Assembly (NCBI GenBank): GCA_964612925.1
Contig: CAZTFU010000009.1
Span: 4,806-68,805, forward strand
Length of the DNA stretch: 64,000 nucleotides
Direction of reading: 5' to 3'
Source of the DNA: an uncultured Clostridium sp.
Lineage (GTDB): Bacteria; Bacillota; Clostridia; Christensenellales; CAG-138
Shown: positions 49,849 to 59,593 of the stretch, one piece after another
Layout: every line of letters starts with the position of its first letter
Position numbering within the stretch: position 1 is the stretch's first letter
Made by a program: the position numbers and the translations under genes
Notes under the pieces: generated by a model
Database searches by the model: none
The model's input: the letters and a program-made list of their open reading frames with translations, nothing else
What the model was told of the DNA's origin: nothing

Positions 49849-50003
49849 GGTAGATTCCAAAAATGGTCGGACTGATCCTGCTACCAAGCAGCAAATTGCA
49901 CGGTCGCACGGCCATTATCGACAGGAAATGTCGGCAAAATATACTATCAGGCGCATTGATGCGCAGCTTAGCACAATAAATTTTATATAAGGAGAACAAA
50001 GTA

Positions 50004-50912
50004 ATGACAAAAAATGAGTACCTTGCAAGGCTTAAAAGTTGCCTTGAATGTATAGAAAGCGGTGAACGTGAGGCGGCCGTGCAGTTTTATTCCGAATATT
50101 TTGACGATGCCGGTGAAGAAAACGAGCAGCGCATAATGGATGAGCTCGGCTCCCCCGAAAAGCTTGCGCGGGAGATAATCGCCCAAAGTGAGGCCGCACC
50201 GCACTCAATCACAAAAACCACCGTATCCGATTGTATCGAAGGCTTCCGTGATATCAAAGCAAGTCTTATAAACGCCCGCATCATACTTGAGATAGGCAGC
50301 GAATACGGTATTGACATAGACTACCCCGAGCAGCTTGATCCGCCGGAGGTTTCAATAAAGAACAATGAGTTGAGAATAACCGAAAAGCCCGTCAGAAGAT
50401 TCTTTCGTCAGTTCGGTTCCTGGCGTCAGGGCGTTATAACCATAACTCTGCCAGATACCGAGTACGGCACATTTAATATCGAAAGTGTAAACGGCTATAT
50501 AAGAATACCCGCACTGCGCATTGATTCGCTGCACTGCGAAACCGTAAACGGATCAACTGCTATCGCAGGTGCAACCGCGGATAAACTCCACTGCGAAGCC
50601 GTAAACGGTTCCTCCTCCGTTACCGATTGTACGGTAAAAAGCGGCTGCACATGTGAAACGGTAAACGGCTCCGTTACGCTGTCGGGCAACATAAGCGGAG
50701 GTGTAATACTCGAATCCGTAAACGGATCCATACGCTACACCGAAGCCAAGCCCCTTGACGAATACACCTGTTCCTTTGATACGATGTCCGGCAGCGTATA
50801 TGTAAACGGCAAAAAGCAGGGTAAGCATTCAAAGCTTGCAAACCCTTCCGCCGCAAATTCCCTGAAGGTACAAACCATAAACGGTTCAATACACACTCTC
50901 TTCGCTCAATAA
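50004..50912 (+). CDS. DUF1700 (HAAS) + DUF4097 beta-repeat protein
   Basis: 'MTKNEYL...YSEYFDDAG...ELGSPEKLA'; repeated E(S/T/A)VNG motifs. Confidence 0.8.
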   Translation: MTKNEYLARLKSCLECIESGEREAAVQFYSEYFDDAGEENEQRIMDELGSPEKLAREIIAQSEAAPHSITKTTVSDCIEGFRDIKASLINARIILEIGSEYGIDIDYPEQLDPPEVSIKNNELRITEKPVRRFFRQFGSWRQGVITITLPDTEYGTFNIESVNGYIRIPALRIDSLHCETVNGSTAIAGATADKLHCEAVNGSSSVTDCTVKSGCTCETVNGSVTLSGNISGGVILESVNGSIRYTEAKPLDEYTCSFDTMSGSVYVNGKKQGKHSKLANPSAANSLKVQTINGSIHTLFAQ

Positions 50913-50997
50913 TGCCGCAAATAGGCCGCGTTCGACTCTTATTCTCGGTCGGACGCGGCTTTACCGCATAAAAAATCGCCTTCCGCACAAAAAGCGG

Positions 50998-51026
50998 TTG
51001 ACAAGCGGGTACAATATTCTTATACT
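50998..51026 (+). promoter_or_regulatory. sigmaA promoter of the aro operon
   Basis: TTGACA-17 nt-TATACT. Confidence 0.75.
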
Positions 51027-51065
51027 TTAATGCAATGTCAGTTGCAATATAAGGAGAGGCAACAA

Positions 51066-51119
51066 ATGGGCAATACTTTCGTTTTTGCATATTATTATTA
51101 CTTTACTATTGTTTCGTAG
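51066..51119 (+). CDS. Putative Phe/Tyr-rich attenuation leader peptide MGNTFVFAYYYYFTIVS
   Basis: AAGGAGAGG RBS; 7 of 9 consecutive codons are Phe/Tyr; lies upstream of an aromatic biosynthesis operon. Confidence 0.78.
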   Translation: MGNTFVFAYYYYFTIVS

Positions 51120-51167
51120 TAAGGGTAATTTGTGTGCAAACGATAAAAGCTCAATGCGAATATTTAC

Positions 51168-51200
51168 GCGGCACAGGTTACACCGGTGCCGTTTTTTATT
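51168..51200 (+). terminator. Attenuator terminator in the aro leader
   Basis: gcggcac-agg-ttaca-ccg-gtgccgt-tttttatt, ~50 nt before aroF. Confidence 0.75.
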
Positions 51201-51248
51201 GCACTGCGGCAAGTGATTTGTAAATAAAGTTTTGGAGGATACAGCAAA

Positions 51249-52253
51249 ATGATAGTCGTACTCAAGCACGGCACGGAAAAGCAAAAGCAGGATCAGCTTA
51301 TAGAATGGCTGAAAGCGCAGGGGCTTGGCATACACATTTCAGAGGGTGAATTTCAGACCGTTCTCGGCCTTATAGGCGATACGGGGCGGCTGGACATGGA
51401 TCTTATTGCAAGCCTTGGCATAGTCGATTCAGTAAAGCGCGTTACGGAGCCGTTCAAGTGCTGCAACAGAAAGTTCCATCCCGACGATATGATTGTGGAT
51501 GTAAGCGGAGTTAAGGTCGGCGGCGGCAATTTCTGCATGATAGCAGGTCCCTGCTCCGTTGAAAACGAGGAGCAGATAATAGCCGTTGCAAAAGCCGTTA
51601 AGCAAAGCGGCGCGCAGATGCTTCGCGGCGGTGCATTCAAGCCGCGCACCTCGCCATATGATTTTCAGGGGCTGAAAGCCACAGGCATAGAGCTTTTGAA
51701 GCTCGCAAAAAAGGAAACGGGGCTGCCGATAGTTACCGAAATAATGAGCGTTGAACACCTTCCGCTGTTTGAGGATGTTGACCTTATACAGGTCGGCGCA
51801 CGCAATATGCAGAATTTTGAGCTGTTAAAGCAGCTCGGTAAGCTTGATAAGCCCATTCTTCTCAAGCGCGGCCTTGCAAACACGCTCAAGGAACTGCTTA
51901 TGAGCGCGGAATACATCATGGCGGGCGGCAATGAGCGGGTGATACTTTGCGAACGCGGCATACGCACGTTTGACGATTATACGCGCAACACCCTTGACCT
52001 TGCGGCGGTGCCCATGCTCAAGGAGCTTACTCACCTGCCCATAATAGTCGACCCAAGCCACGCAACGGGCATAGCACGCCTTGTGCCGCCGATGGCGCTT
52101 GCCGCCGCGGCCTGCGGTGCGGACGGATTGATAATAGAGGTGCATAACGACCCCATGAAGGCACTGTGTGACGGTGCACAGTCATTAAGGCCCGAACAAT
52201 ACGATGAGCTTGCGAAAAAGGTTCGGCAGGTAAGGGAGGTTTGCACAAAATGA
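51249..52253 (+). CDS. aroF: DAHP synthase (type I-beta, N-terminal regulatory domain)
   Basis: IAGPCSVE, GAFKPRTSPY, GARNMQN, VDPSH. Confidence 0.93.
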   Translation: MIVVLKHGTEKQKQDQLIEWLKAQGLGIHISEGEFQTVLGLIGDTGRLDMDLIASLGIVDSVKRVTEPFKCCNRKFHPDDMIVDVSGVKVGGGNFCMIAGPCSVENEEQIIAVAKAVKQSGAQMLRGGAFKPRTSPYDFQGLKATGIELLKLAKKETGLPIVTEIMSVEHLPLFEDVDLIQVGARNMQNFELLKQLGKLDKPILLKRGLANTLKELLMSAEYIMAGGNERVILCERGIRTFDDYTRNTLDLAAVPMLKELTHLPIIVDPSHATGIARLVPPMALAAAACGADGLIIEVHNDPMKALCDGAQSLRPEQYDELAKKVRQVREVCTK

Positions 52254-53083
52254 TCGTCGGAACAGTTGGGCTCGGACTTATCGGCGGCTCCTTTGCCAAG
52301 GCCTATCATGAGGCGGGACATACCGTGCTTGCATACGACATAAATAAGACCATACTCGATTACGCAATTATGTGCGGTACGGTAGACGATGTTCTCAACG
52401 AGCAAAACATTTCACAATGCGATATAGTGCTTATTGCACTCTATCCGAATGCCACGGTTGAGTATTTTAAGCAAATGGCCCCGCATATAGGCAAAAAGCC
52501 CGTAGTGCTCGACTGTTGCGGCACAAAACGCGGCGTTTGCCAAGGTTGCTTTTCCATAGCTCAAGAATACGGTATTTCGTTTGCGGGCGGTCACCCCATG
52601 GCCGGCACACACAATTCGGGCTTTAAGTATGCCCGTGCAAACCTTTTCCATAATGCGCCCATGGTGATAGTGCCCATGGACTCAAACGACATAGTTCTAT
52701 TGAGCCGCATACAGGCACTGCTTGCACCCGTCGGGTTTGCGTCATTTTCCGTCACTACGGCCGCCGAACATGACAGGGTGATAGCGTTTACATCCCAGCT
52801 TGCGCACTTAGCCTCAAATGCGTATATAAAAAGTCCTACAGCAAAGGAACATAAGGGCTTTTCCGCCGGAAGTTACAAGGATATGACCCGTGTTGCATGG
52901 CTTGACCCAAATATGTGGGCAGAGCTTTTTCTTGAAAACAGCGATGCGTTGACGGACGAGCTCGATTCATACATCCGTTCATTGAACGAGTATCGCAACG
53001 CACTTGCCGCACATGATAAAACAGCCCTTACCGCCCTGCTTGAGGAAGGGCGCAGACTTAAAGAGGAGGTTGACGGCAGATGA
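52250..53083 (+). CDS. tyrA: Prephenate dehydrogenase
   Basis: GLGLIGGS, GGHPMAG, EHDRVIAFTSQL, DMTRVA. Confidence 0.9.
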   Translation: MIVGTVGLGLIGGSFAKAYHEAGHTVLAYDINKTILDYAIMCGTVDDVLNEQNISQCDIVLIALYPNATVEYFKQMAPHIGKKPVVLDCCGTKRGVCQGCFSIAQEYGISFAGGHPMAGTHNSGFKYARANLFHNAPMVIVPMDSNDIVLLSRIQALLAPVGFASFSVTTAAEHDRVIAFTSQLAHLASNAYIKSPTAKEHKGFSAGSYKDMTRVAWLDPNMWAELFLENSDALTDELDSYIRSLNEYRNALAAHDKTALTALLEEGRRLKEEVDGR

Positions 53084-54141
53084 CCACGATACACGTCGGT
53101 GCATCGCGCGAATATGACGTTATAATAGAAAGCGGCATTTTGGCCGACTGCGGAAAACGGATAGCGAATGTGTTTCCCTCCCGAGGCAAGGCCGCAATAA
53201 TTTCCGACGAAAACGTATTCCCGCTTTACGGTAAAACGGTGGAAGCTTCCTTGCTTGCGGCGGGGTTTGAACCGTTCAGCTTTGTTTTCAAGGGCGGCGA
53301 AGATACAAAAACGCTGTCCACATATGCAAGCATACTCGACTTTTTAAGCATGCACCGCTTTTCGCGCAGCGATATCCTTATTTCGCTTGGCGGCGGCATA
53401 GTGGGTGACGTGGGGGGCTTTGCCGCGGCCACATATCAGCGCGGAATAGGCTTTATCCAGCTTCCAACCACTCTGCTTGCGGATGTTGATTCCTCCGTTG
53501 GCGGAAAAACGGCCGTAAACCTTGCAAGCGGAAAGAATCAAGCGGGCAGTTTTTATCAGCCCTCGCTTGTTCTGTGCGATACTGATGCGCTGAATACCCT
53601 GCCGCACTGCGAATATAAAAACGGCTGTGCCGAGGTGATAAAGTATGCGATACTCGGAAGTGGCGACATGTTTAATGCGCTTATTGACAAGGGCGTAAAC
53701 GAACAATACGAAAGCATCATCGCACAATGTGTTAGCATGAAGCGCGATATTGTCAGCATTGATGAATTTGATAACGGCAAGCGGCAGTTGCTAAACCTTG
53801 GCCACACGTTTGGCCATGCAATAGAAAAATGCAGCAATTTTACCGTTGCACACGGCAGTGCCGTTGCGATAGGCACGGCCATGATAACAAGGGCCTCTTT
53901 CAAGCGGGGCATTTGTTCCGAATCAACGCTTGAAGCTGTGCTTGAGCTGCTTGACAAATACGATCTGCCAACCAAAACCGATTTTTCGGCGGAAGCATTG
54001 TACAGTGCCGCCCTATCGGATAAGAAAATAGCCAACGGCGGCATACATCTTATAATGCCAAAGCGCATTGGCGAGTGCATAGCCGTAAGTGTACCATGCA
54101 CCGAAATAATGTCCTGCCTTATTGACGGGGGTGCAAAATGA
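53080..54141 (+). CDS. aroB: 3-dehydroquinate synthase
   Basis: GGGIVGD, PTTLLADVDSSVGGKT, LNLGHTFGHAIE. Confidence 0.95.
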   Translation: MTTIHVGASREYDVIIESGILADCGKRIANVFPSRGKAAIISDENVFPLYGKTVEASLLAAGFEPFSFVFKGGEDTKTLSTYASILDFLSMHRFSRSDILISLGGGIVGDVGGFAAATYQRGIGFIQLPTTLLADVDSSVGGKTAVNLASGKNQAGSFYQPSLVLCDTDALNTLPHCEYKNGCAEVIKYAILGSGDMFNALIDKGVNEQYESIIAQCVSMKRDIVSIDEFDNGKRQLLNLGHTFGHAIEKCSNFTVAHGSAVAIGTAMITRASFKRGICSESTLEAVLELLDKYDLPTKTDFSAEALYSAALSDKKIANGGIHLIMPKRIGECIAVSVPCTEIMSCLIDGGAK

Positions 54142-55406
54142 ACCAAACCGTACAATGCAAAAGCCGCACGGGAAGCGTGCAGATAATAGCATCTAAATCC
54201 TACGCACACAGGCTTATCATTCTTGCGGCGTTAAATGACCGCCCCGTAGATATACTCTGCAACAGCACCTCAAACGATATTGAGGCTACCGTTCGTTGCA
54301 TGAACGCCCTCGGTGCAAATATAACCCATACAGAACACGGCATAATACATGTTGAGCCGCTAAAATCCGCACCGAAACGCGCCTGTGAGCTTGACTGCGG
54401 CGAAAGCGGATCTACACTGCGTTTTCTTTTGCCCGTGGTCGGTGCGTTTGGGGCTAAGGTTAGGTTCATAATGCACGGCCGCCTTGGCGAAAGGCCGCTT
54501 GCCCCGCTTGACACACTGCTTACGCGCCATGGTATGCGCATCAAAAAGAAAGACAATGTCCTTCACTGTTCGGGTAGGCTTCGCGCGGGCGAATACAGCA
54601 TAGCGGGCAATGTATCAAGCCAGTATGTTTCGGGGCTTTTATTGGCATTGCCGCTGCTTAAAGACAACAGCACATTAAGAGTTACCGATGCTCTTGAATC
54701 CTCCGCCTATGTTGATATTACGCTTTCTGCGCTAAGGCTTGCCAATGCGGCGGTCACCGCAAGCGATATGCATCATTACGATATACGCGGGAAAATCGGC
54801 TATTCCCTTAAAGATAGGTGTATTGTCGAAGGCGACTGGTCAAACGCCGCATTTTTCCTGTGCATGGGCGCATTGAGCAAGAGTGGCATAACGGTTTTGG
54901 GATTAAATGCTGATTCCCGTCAGGGAGATAAGAAAATAGTCGATATTCTTTCGGAAATGGGCGCGGAAATAATAATGCAAGGCGATTCCGTAACCGTTAA
55001 GCGCGGCACATTAAAGCCCGTTACCGTGGACGCCTCCCCCATCCCCGACCTTATTCCCGCAATATGCGCACTTGCCGCCGCCGCAGAGGGAAACACGCTC
55101 ATAACCAACGCCGCACGGCTGAGACTAAAAGAGTCCGACAGGCTTGCAAGCACTAAAAACATGCTCGCTTCGCTCGGAGTCAACGTTACGGAGCTGTGTG
55201 ACGGGCTTATAGTTCACGGCACGGGTCATCTTCGCGGTGGGAGCATTGACAGCTGCAATGACCACAGGATCGCCATGGCCGCCGCCGTTGCGGCATGTGC
55301 CGCGGACGGTGAGGTTACGATATGCAACAGCGAATGCGTGAACAAATCCTACCCCACTTTTTTTGAAGAGCTTGCCGCACTCGATACGGAAGGAGAAAAC
55401 GAATGA
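54138..55406 (+). CDS. aroA: EPSP synthase
   Basis: SKS, CGESGSTLRF, SSQYVSG, KESDR, DHRIAM, KSYPTF. Confidence 0.95.
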   Translation: MNQTVQCKSRTGSVQIIASKSYAHRLIILAALNDRPVDILCNSTSNDIEATVRCMNALGANITHTEHGIIHVEPLKSAPKRACELDCGESGSTLRFLLPVVGAFGAKVRFIMHGRLGERPLAPLDTLLTRHGMRIKKKDNVLHCSGRLRAGEYSIAGNVSSQYVSGLLLALPLLKDNSTLRVTDALESSAYVDITLSALRLANAAVTASDMHHYDIRGKIGYSLKDRCIVEGDWSNAAFFLCMGALSKSGITVLGLNADSRQGDKKIVDILSEMGAEIIMQGDSVTVKRGTLKPVTVDASPIPDLIPAICALAAAAEGNTLITNAARLRLKESDRLASTKNMLASLGVNVTELCDGLIVHGTGHLRGGSIDSCNDHRIAMAAAVAACAADGEVTICNSECVNKSYPTFFEELAALDTEGENE

Positions 55407-56473
55407 GCAGTATATACGGCGAAAACATACATATATCCATATTCGGTCAATCCCACAGCGCCGCAATAGGCGTTTGCATAGACGGCATACGCGCAGGTGA
55501 ACCCATCGATCTTGATGAACTCAACCGCTTCCTAAGCCGCCGTGCACCCGGGCAAAACGAATACTCCACCGCACGAATGGAGGCAGATGAGCCCGAGTTC
55601 CTATCGGGCATAGTGGATTCTCACACCTGCGGCGCCCCCATTGCGGCCATTATACGCAACACGAATACCCGTTCGTCGGACTATGACCCGTTCCGTGATA
55701 TTCCGCGCCCGTCCCACGCCGATTATACTGCGGACATTAAATACAATGGCTTTCAGGATCGTGCGGGCGGCGGCCATTTTTCGGGCAGGCTTACCGCTCC
55801 GCTCTGCATTGCGGGCGGCATATGCATTCAACTGTTAAAAAAAGAAGGCGTTGAAATAATAAGCCGCATTGCATCAATAGGCAGTGTCAAGGACGAAGCC
55901 GAACTTACCGCATCCACGGCCGAAAAGCCCTTCCCCGCCGTAAATGATGATGCGGCAAAGGCAATGCTTGATGAAATAGCCGCCGCCAAAGCGGAAGGTG
56001 ATTCCGTTGGCGGTGTTATAGAATGCAAAATACTCGGCCTTGATGCGGGGCTTGGCGGGCCGCTGTTCGGCGGTATGGAGGGAAGAATAGCAAAGGCCGT
56101 ATTTGCCGTGCCCGCGATAAAGGGCATTGAATTCGGCGCGGGCTTTGCATCCGCAGCAATGCGCGCAAGTGAGTACAACGACCCGTTTATAATAAAAGAC
56201 GGTATCGTCGTCACCGAAACCAACAATTCGGGCGGTATACTCGGCGGCATAAGCAACTCTATGCCCATAAGCTTTCGCGTTGCAATAAAACCCACGCCAT
56301 CAATAGCCAAGCGGCAGCTTACGTTAAACACGGCAACCATGCGCCAAGAGGAACTTATCATACAGGGAAGGCATGACCCGTGTATCGTTCCGCGTGCGGT
56401 GCCCTGCATAGAGGCCGCGGCCGCCATTGCCGTATATGATGCATTGCTTGACAGAAGAAAGGAGCTTGATTAA
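55403..56473 (+). CDS. aroC: Chorismate synthase
   Basis: FGQSH, RPSHAD, GGGHFSGR, KPTPSI, GRHDPC. Confidence 0.95.
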   Translation: MSSIYGENIHISIFGQSHSAAIGVCIDGIRAGEPIDLDELNRFLSRRAPGQNEYSTARMEADEPEFLSGIVDSHTCGAPIAAIIRNTNTRSSDYDPFRDIPRPSHADYTADIKYNGFQDRAGGGHFSGRLTAPLCIAGGICIQLLKKEGVEIISRIASIGSVKDEAELTASTAEKPFPAVNDDAAKAMLDEIAAAKAEGDSVGGVIECKILGLDAGLGGPLFGGMEGRIAKAVFAVPAIKGIEFGAGFASAAMRASEYNDPFIIKDGIVVTETNNSGGILGGISNSMPISFRVAIKPTPSIAKRQLTLNTATMRQEELIIQGRHDPCIVPRAVPCIEAAAAIAVYDALLDRRKELD

Positions 56474-56476
56474 CAA

Positions 56477-57619
56477 ATGGAGCTTTCCGATTACAGGGAA
56501 AAGATAGACGCTATAGATGCACAGCTTATCGAGCTGTTTCATCAACGTATGGACACGGCCGCCGAAATAGCCGAGTACAAAAAGGCGAACGGATTAAAGG
56601 TGTTGGATTCTTCCCGTGAGCGCAAAAAGCTGAACGATATCGCCGCGTCGGTACCCGCGGAACTAAGTGAATACGCGGCATCGCTGTATTCGCTTATGTT
56701 TGAACTCAGCAGAAGTTATCAGAACAGGGTCATCGGCACAAGTTCGCCCTTAAGTGACGATATAGCGCACGCCGTGAGCAACACGCCGCCGCTGTTCCCG
56801 CAATCCGCATCGGTTGCATGTCAGGGTGTTGAGGGGGCGTATTCTCAGCTTGCGTGCGACAGGCTTTTCAAGCGTGCGAACGTGCTTTATTTTTCCACAT
56901 TCGAAGCTGTTTTTGCGGCAATAGAAAGCGGACTGTGCAAATACGGTGTTATACCTGTTGAAAACAGTACAGCAGGTTCCGTCAACGCCGTATACGACCT
57001 TATGATGAAGCATGACTTCAAGATTGTGCGCAGTGTTCGCCTGAAAGTGGATCATAATCTGCTTGTTAAGCGCGGTACAAAACTCGAGGATATAAAAGAA
57101 ATATATTCCCATGAGCAGGCAATAAGCCAATGCAGCGATTTCTTATCCTCTCTGAAGGGTGTGCGTGTTATACCGTGCGAAAACACGGCTGTTGCCGCAA
57201 AAAAGGTCTCCTCTTCCGAAAGATGCGACGTTGCCGCGCTCTCAAGCCGCGCCTGTATGGAGCTTTACGATCTGGATTGCTTAGCATACAGCGTGCAAAA
57301 CATGGGCAACAATTATACCCGCTTCATCTGCATATCAAAGGAGCTTGAAATATACCCGGGTGCAGACAGAACAAGCATTATGATGGTACTGCCCCACAGG
57401 CCCGGCTCCCTTTATCGTGTGCTGAGTCGATTCTATGCACAGGGTATAAATCTGAATAAACTTGAAAGTAGGCCCATTCCCGAGCGTGATTTCGAATTTA
57501 TGTTCTATTTTGATATAGAAACGCCTGTGTACTCGCCCGAGTTTATGCAACTGATGGGAGAGCTTTCTTCAAGCAGTGAAAGGTTCACATACCTTGGCAG
57601 CTATACCGAAACCGTTTGA
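56477..57619 (+). CDS. pheA: Bifunctional chorismate mutase / prephenate dehydratase
   Basis: N-terminal CM 'LSDYREKIDAID'; PVENS, NYTRF, ACT 'KLESRP'. Confidence 0.93.
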   Translation: MELSDYREKIDAIDAQLIELFHQRMDTAAEIAEYKKANGLKVLDSSRERKKLNDIAASVPAELSEYAASLYSLMFELSRSYQNRVIGTSSPLSDDIAHAVSNTPPLFPQSASVACQGVEGAYSQLACDRLFKRANVLYFSTFEAVFAAIESGLCKYGVIPVENSTAGSVNAVYDLMMKHDFKIVRSVRLKVDHNLLVKRGTKLEDIKEIYSHEQAISQCSDFLSSLKGVRVIPCENTAVAAKKVSSSERCDVAALSSRACMELYDLDCLAYSVQNMGNNYTRFICISKELEIYPGADRTSIMMVLPHRPGSLYRVLSRFYAQGINLNKLESRPIPERDFEFMFYFDIETPVYSPEFMQLMGELSSSSERFTYLGSYTETV

Positions 57620-57630
57620 GGTACACTTAC

Positions 57631-58851
57631 ATGAAATGCGGATTGCTTGGTGAAAGGCTTGGCCACAGCTATTCAAAAGTAATACATGAAAAGCTTGGCG
57701 GCTATGAATATAATATGTATGAATGTGCGCCCGATGAGCTTGAAAGCTTTTTGACACGGCGCGAATTTGATGCTCTTAATGTGACTATTCCGTATAAAAA
57801 GGCCGTTATACCGTACTGCGCGGAGCTTTCCGCCACGGCGTGCGATATAGGCAGCGTGAATACCATAATAAAGCGTGCCGACGGTTCGCTTTACGGAGAT
57901 AATACGGACGCTTACGGTTTTGCTGACATGGTGAAAAAGAGCGGCATTTCGATTGTCGGCAAAAAAGCCGTTGTGCTTGGCAGCGGCGGCGCATCGGCCA
58001 CGATATGCGCAGTGCTTAAAAGGCTCGGTGCAAAAAGCGTAACCATAATATCAAGAAGCGGCGCAGATAATTATTCAAACCTTGAAAAACATTGTGATGC
58101 TGAGGTAATAGTCAACACGACCCCCGTCGGAATGTACCCGAACAACGGCAACGCGGCGGTAGATCTTAGCATGTTCCCTCACTGCGCGGGCGTGCTTGAT
58201 ATAGTGTACAATCCCATGCGCACGGCACTATTGCTACAGGCGGAAAGGCTATCCATACCCCATATGGGCGGACTGAACATGCTTGTTGCACAGGCCAAAC
58301 GCGCCGCCGAACTTTTTATGGGCACCGAAATTGCAAACCAGCGCATAGACGAAATCGAACATGAGCTTGCCGTAAGTATGCAGAATATTGTGCTTGTCGG
58401 CATGCCCGGTTGCGGCAAATCAACGGTTGCATGCGCACTTGGCGAAAGGCTTGGGCGCACGGTAATTGACAGCGATGCCGAAATAGAACGCAAGGTCGGA
58501 ATGAGCATACCCAAGTTCTTTGAAAAATACGGAGAGAATGCCTTTCGCGATATCGAAAGCGATACTCTGCGCGAGCTTGGTTCGCGCTCGAACAGCATAA
58601 TTTCCACGGGCGGTGGGAGCGTGCTGAGGAATAAAAACTATGAATATCTGCACCAGAACGGCACCATCTTCTATATAAAGCGCGATACGGATAAGCTTTC
58701 GCGTGACGGCCGTCCGATATCGCTGAAAAGTGACCTGAATGTGCTTTTCTCCGAGCGCAAGGCACGCTATGAGGCGTTTGCCGACCGCATTGCGGATAAC
58801 AACGGCTCACTTGAGCAAACACTACAAACCATATTGGAGGGCATAATATGA
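57631..58851 (+). CDS. aroE: Shikimate dehydrogenase - shikimate kinase fusion
   Basis: HSYS, NVTIPYK, NTD, GSGGA, then GMPGCGKST and STGGG. Confidence 0.9.
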   Translation: MKCGLLGERLGHSYSKVIHEKLGGYEYNMYECAPDELESFLTRREFDALNVTIPYKKAVIPYCAELSATACDIGSVNTIIKRADGSLYGDNTDAYGFADMVKKSGISIVGKKAVVLGSGGASATICAVLKRLGAKSVTIISRSGADNYSNLEKHCDAEVIVNTTPVGMYPNNGNAAVDLSMFPHCAGVLDIVYNPMRTALLLQAERLSIPHMGGLNMLVAQAKRAAELFMGTEIANQRIDEIEHELAVSMQNIVLVGMPGCGKSTVACALGERLGRTVIDSDAEIERKVGMSIPKFFEKYGENAFRDIESDTLRELGSRSNSIISTGGGSVLRNKNYEYLHQNGTIFYIKRDTDKLSRDGRPISLKSDLNVLFSERKARYEAFADRIADNNGSLEQTLQTILEGII

Positions 58852-59285
58852 AGCTTTTAATTATTAACGGACCCAATCTGAACCTGCTCGGTCTCAGAGA
58901 ACCCGACATATACGGCAAAAAAACATACAACGATCTTGTTGAGTTGATTGAACAAGTCTGTAGCGAAGAAGCATTGGATGTTGAAATTTTTCAATCAAAT
59001 CATGAGGGCGCAATAGTTGACAAGATTCAATCCGCATACGGGGTTTTTGACGGTATAGTGATAAATCCCGCGGCGTATACGCACACCAGCATAGCCATAC
59101 TCGATGCGCTGAAAGCCGTTGCATTGCCTGCGGTTGAGGTGCATATATCGGACGTGAACAGCAGGGAGGATTTTCGCCGCATATCCTATGCGGGTATGGC
59201 GTGTATAAAGACATATGCGGGACTCGGCTTTGAGGGCTATAGGCAGGCAATGCTGTTTTTGAAGGAGCATATAGGCAAGCAGTAA
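58848..59285 (+). CDS. aroQ: Type II 3-dehydroquinate dehydratase
   Basis: NGPNLNLLGLREPDIYG, QSNHEG, NPAAYTHTS, EVHIS. Confidence 0.95.
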   Translation: MKLLIINGPNLNLLGLREPDIYGKKTYNDLVELIEQVCSEEALDVEIFQSNHEGAIVDKIQSAYGVFDGIVINPAAYTHTSIAILDALKAVALPAVEVHISDVNSREDFRRISYAGMACIKTYAGLGFEGYRQAMLFLKEHIGKQ

Positions 59286-59593
59286 CCGTGCTGTCGATGC
59301 AAAAAGCGGAGCCGCACTCCCCCATTCTCATTTTGAGATGAGGGATTTTTTTATTTCGCATGCCAAGCCTCACATTTAGTATCGTTATCAAAAAAACAAT
59401 TTAACAGATTCTTAATAAAGATTTTATTGACACCATTTGATCTACATTGTAATATATACATAAGCAAAGAATCGTGTGGTTGATTCCTTTGTGTCAATAT
59501 GCATTGCAAAGGCTGTTTGCCGAAAGATTCTTGCCCGTTTGCCGTTTTTTATTGATTATTGCACCGTAACGAACTCGCAAAGGAGGGATAAAC

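Noticed and set aside
51027-51248. T-box riboswitch upstream of aroF
   Set aside because: No T-box consensus (GGTGGNACCGCG) or recognisable stem I; the leader-peptide model fits better.
57631-58851. AroE-AroK fusion as a novelty
   Set aside because: Known to occur in Clostridia.
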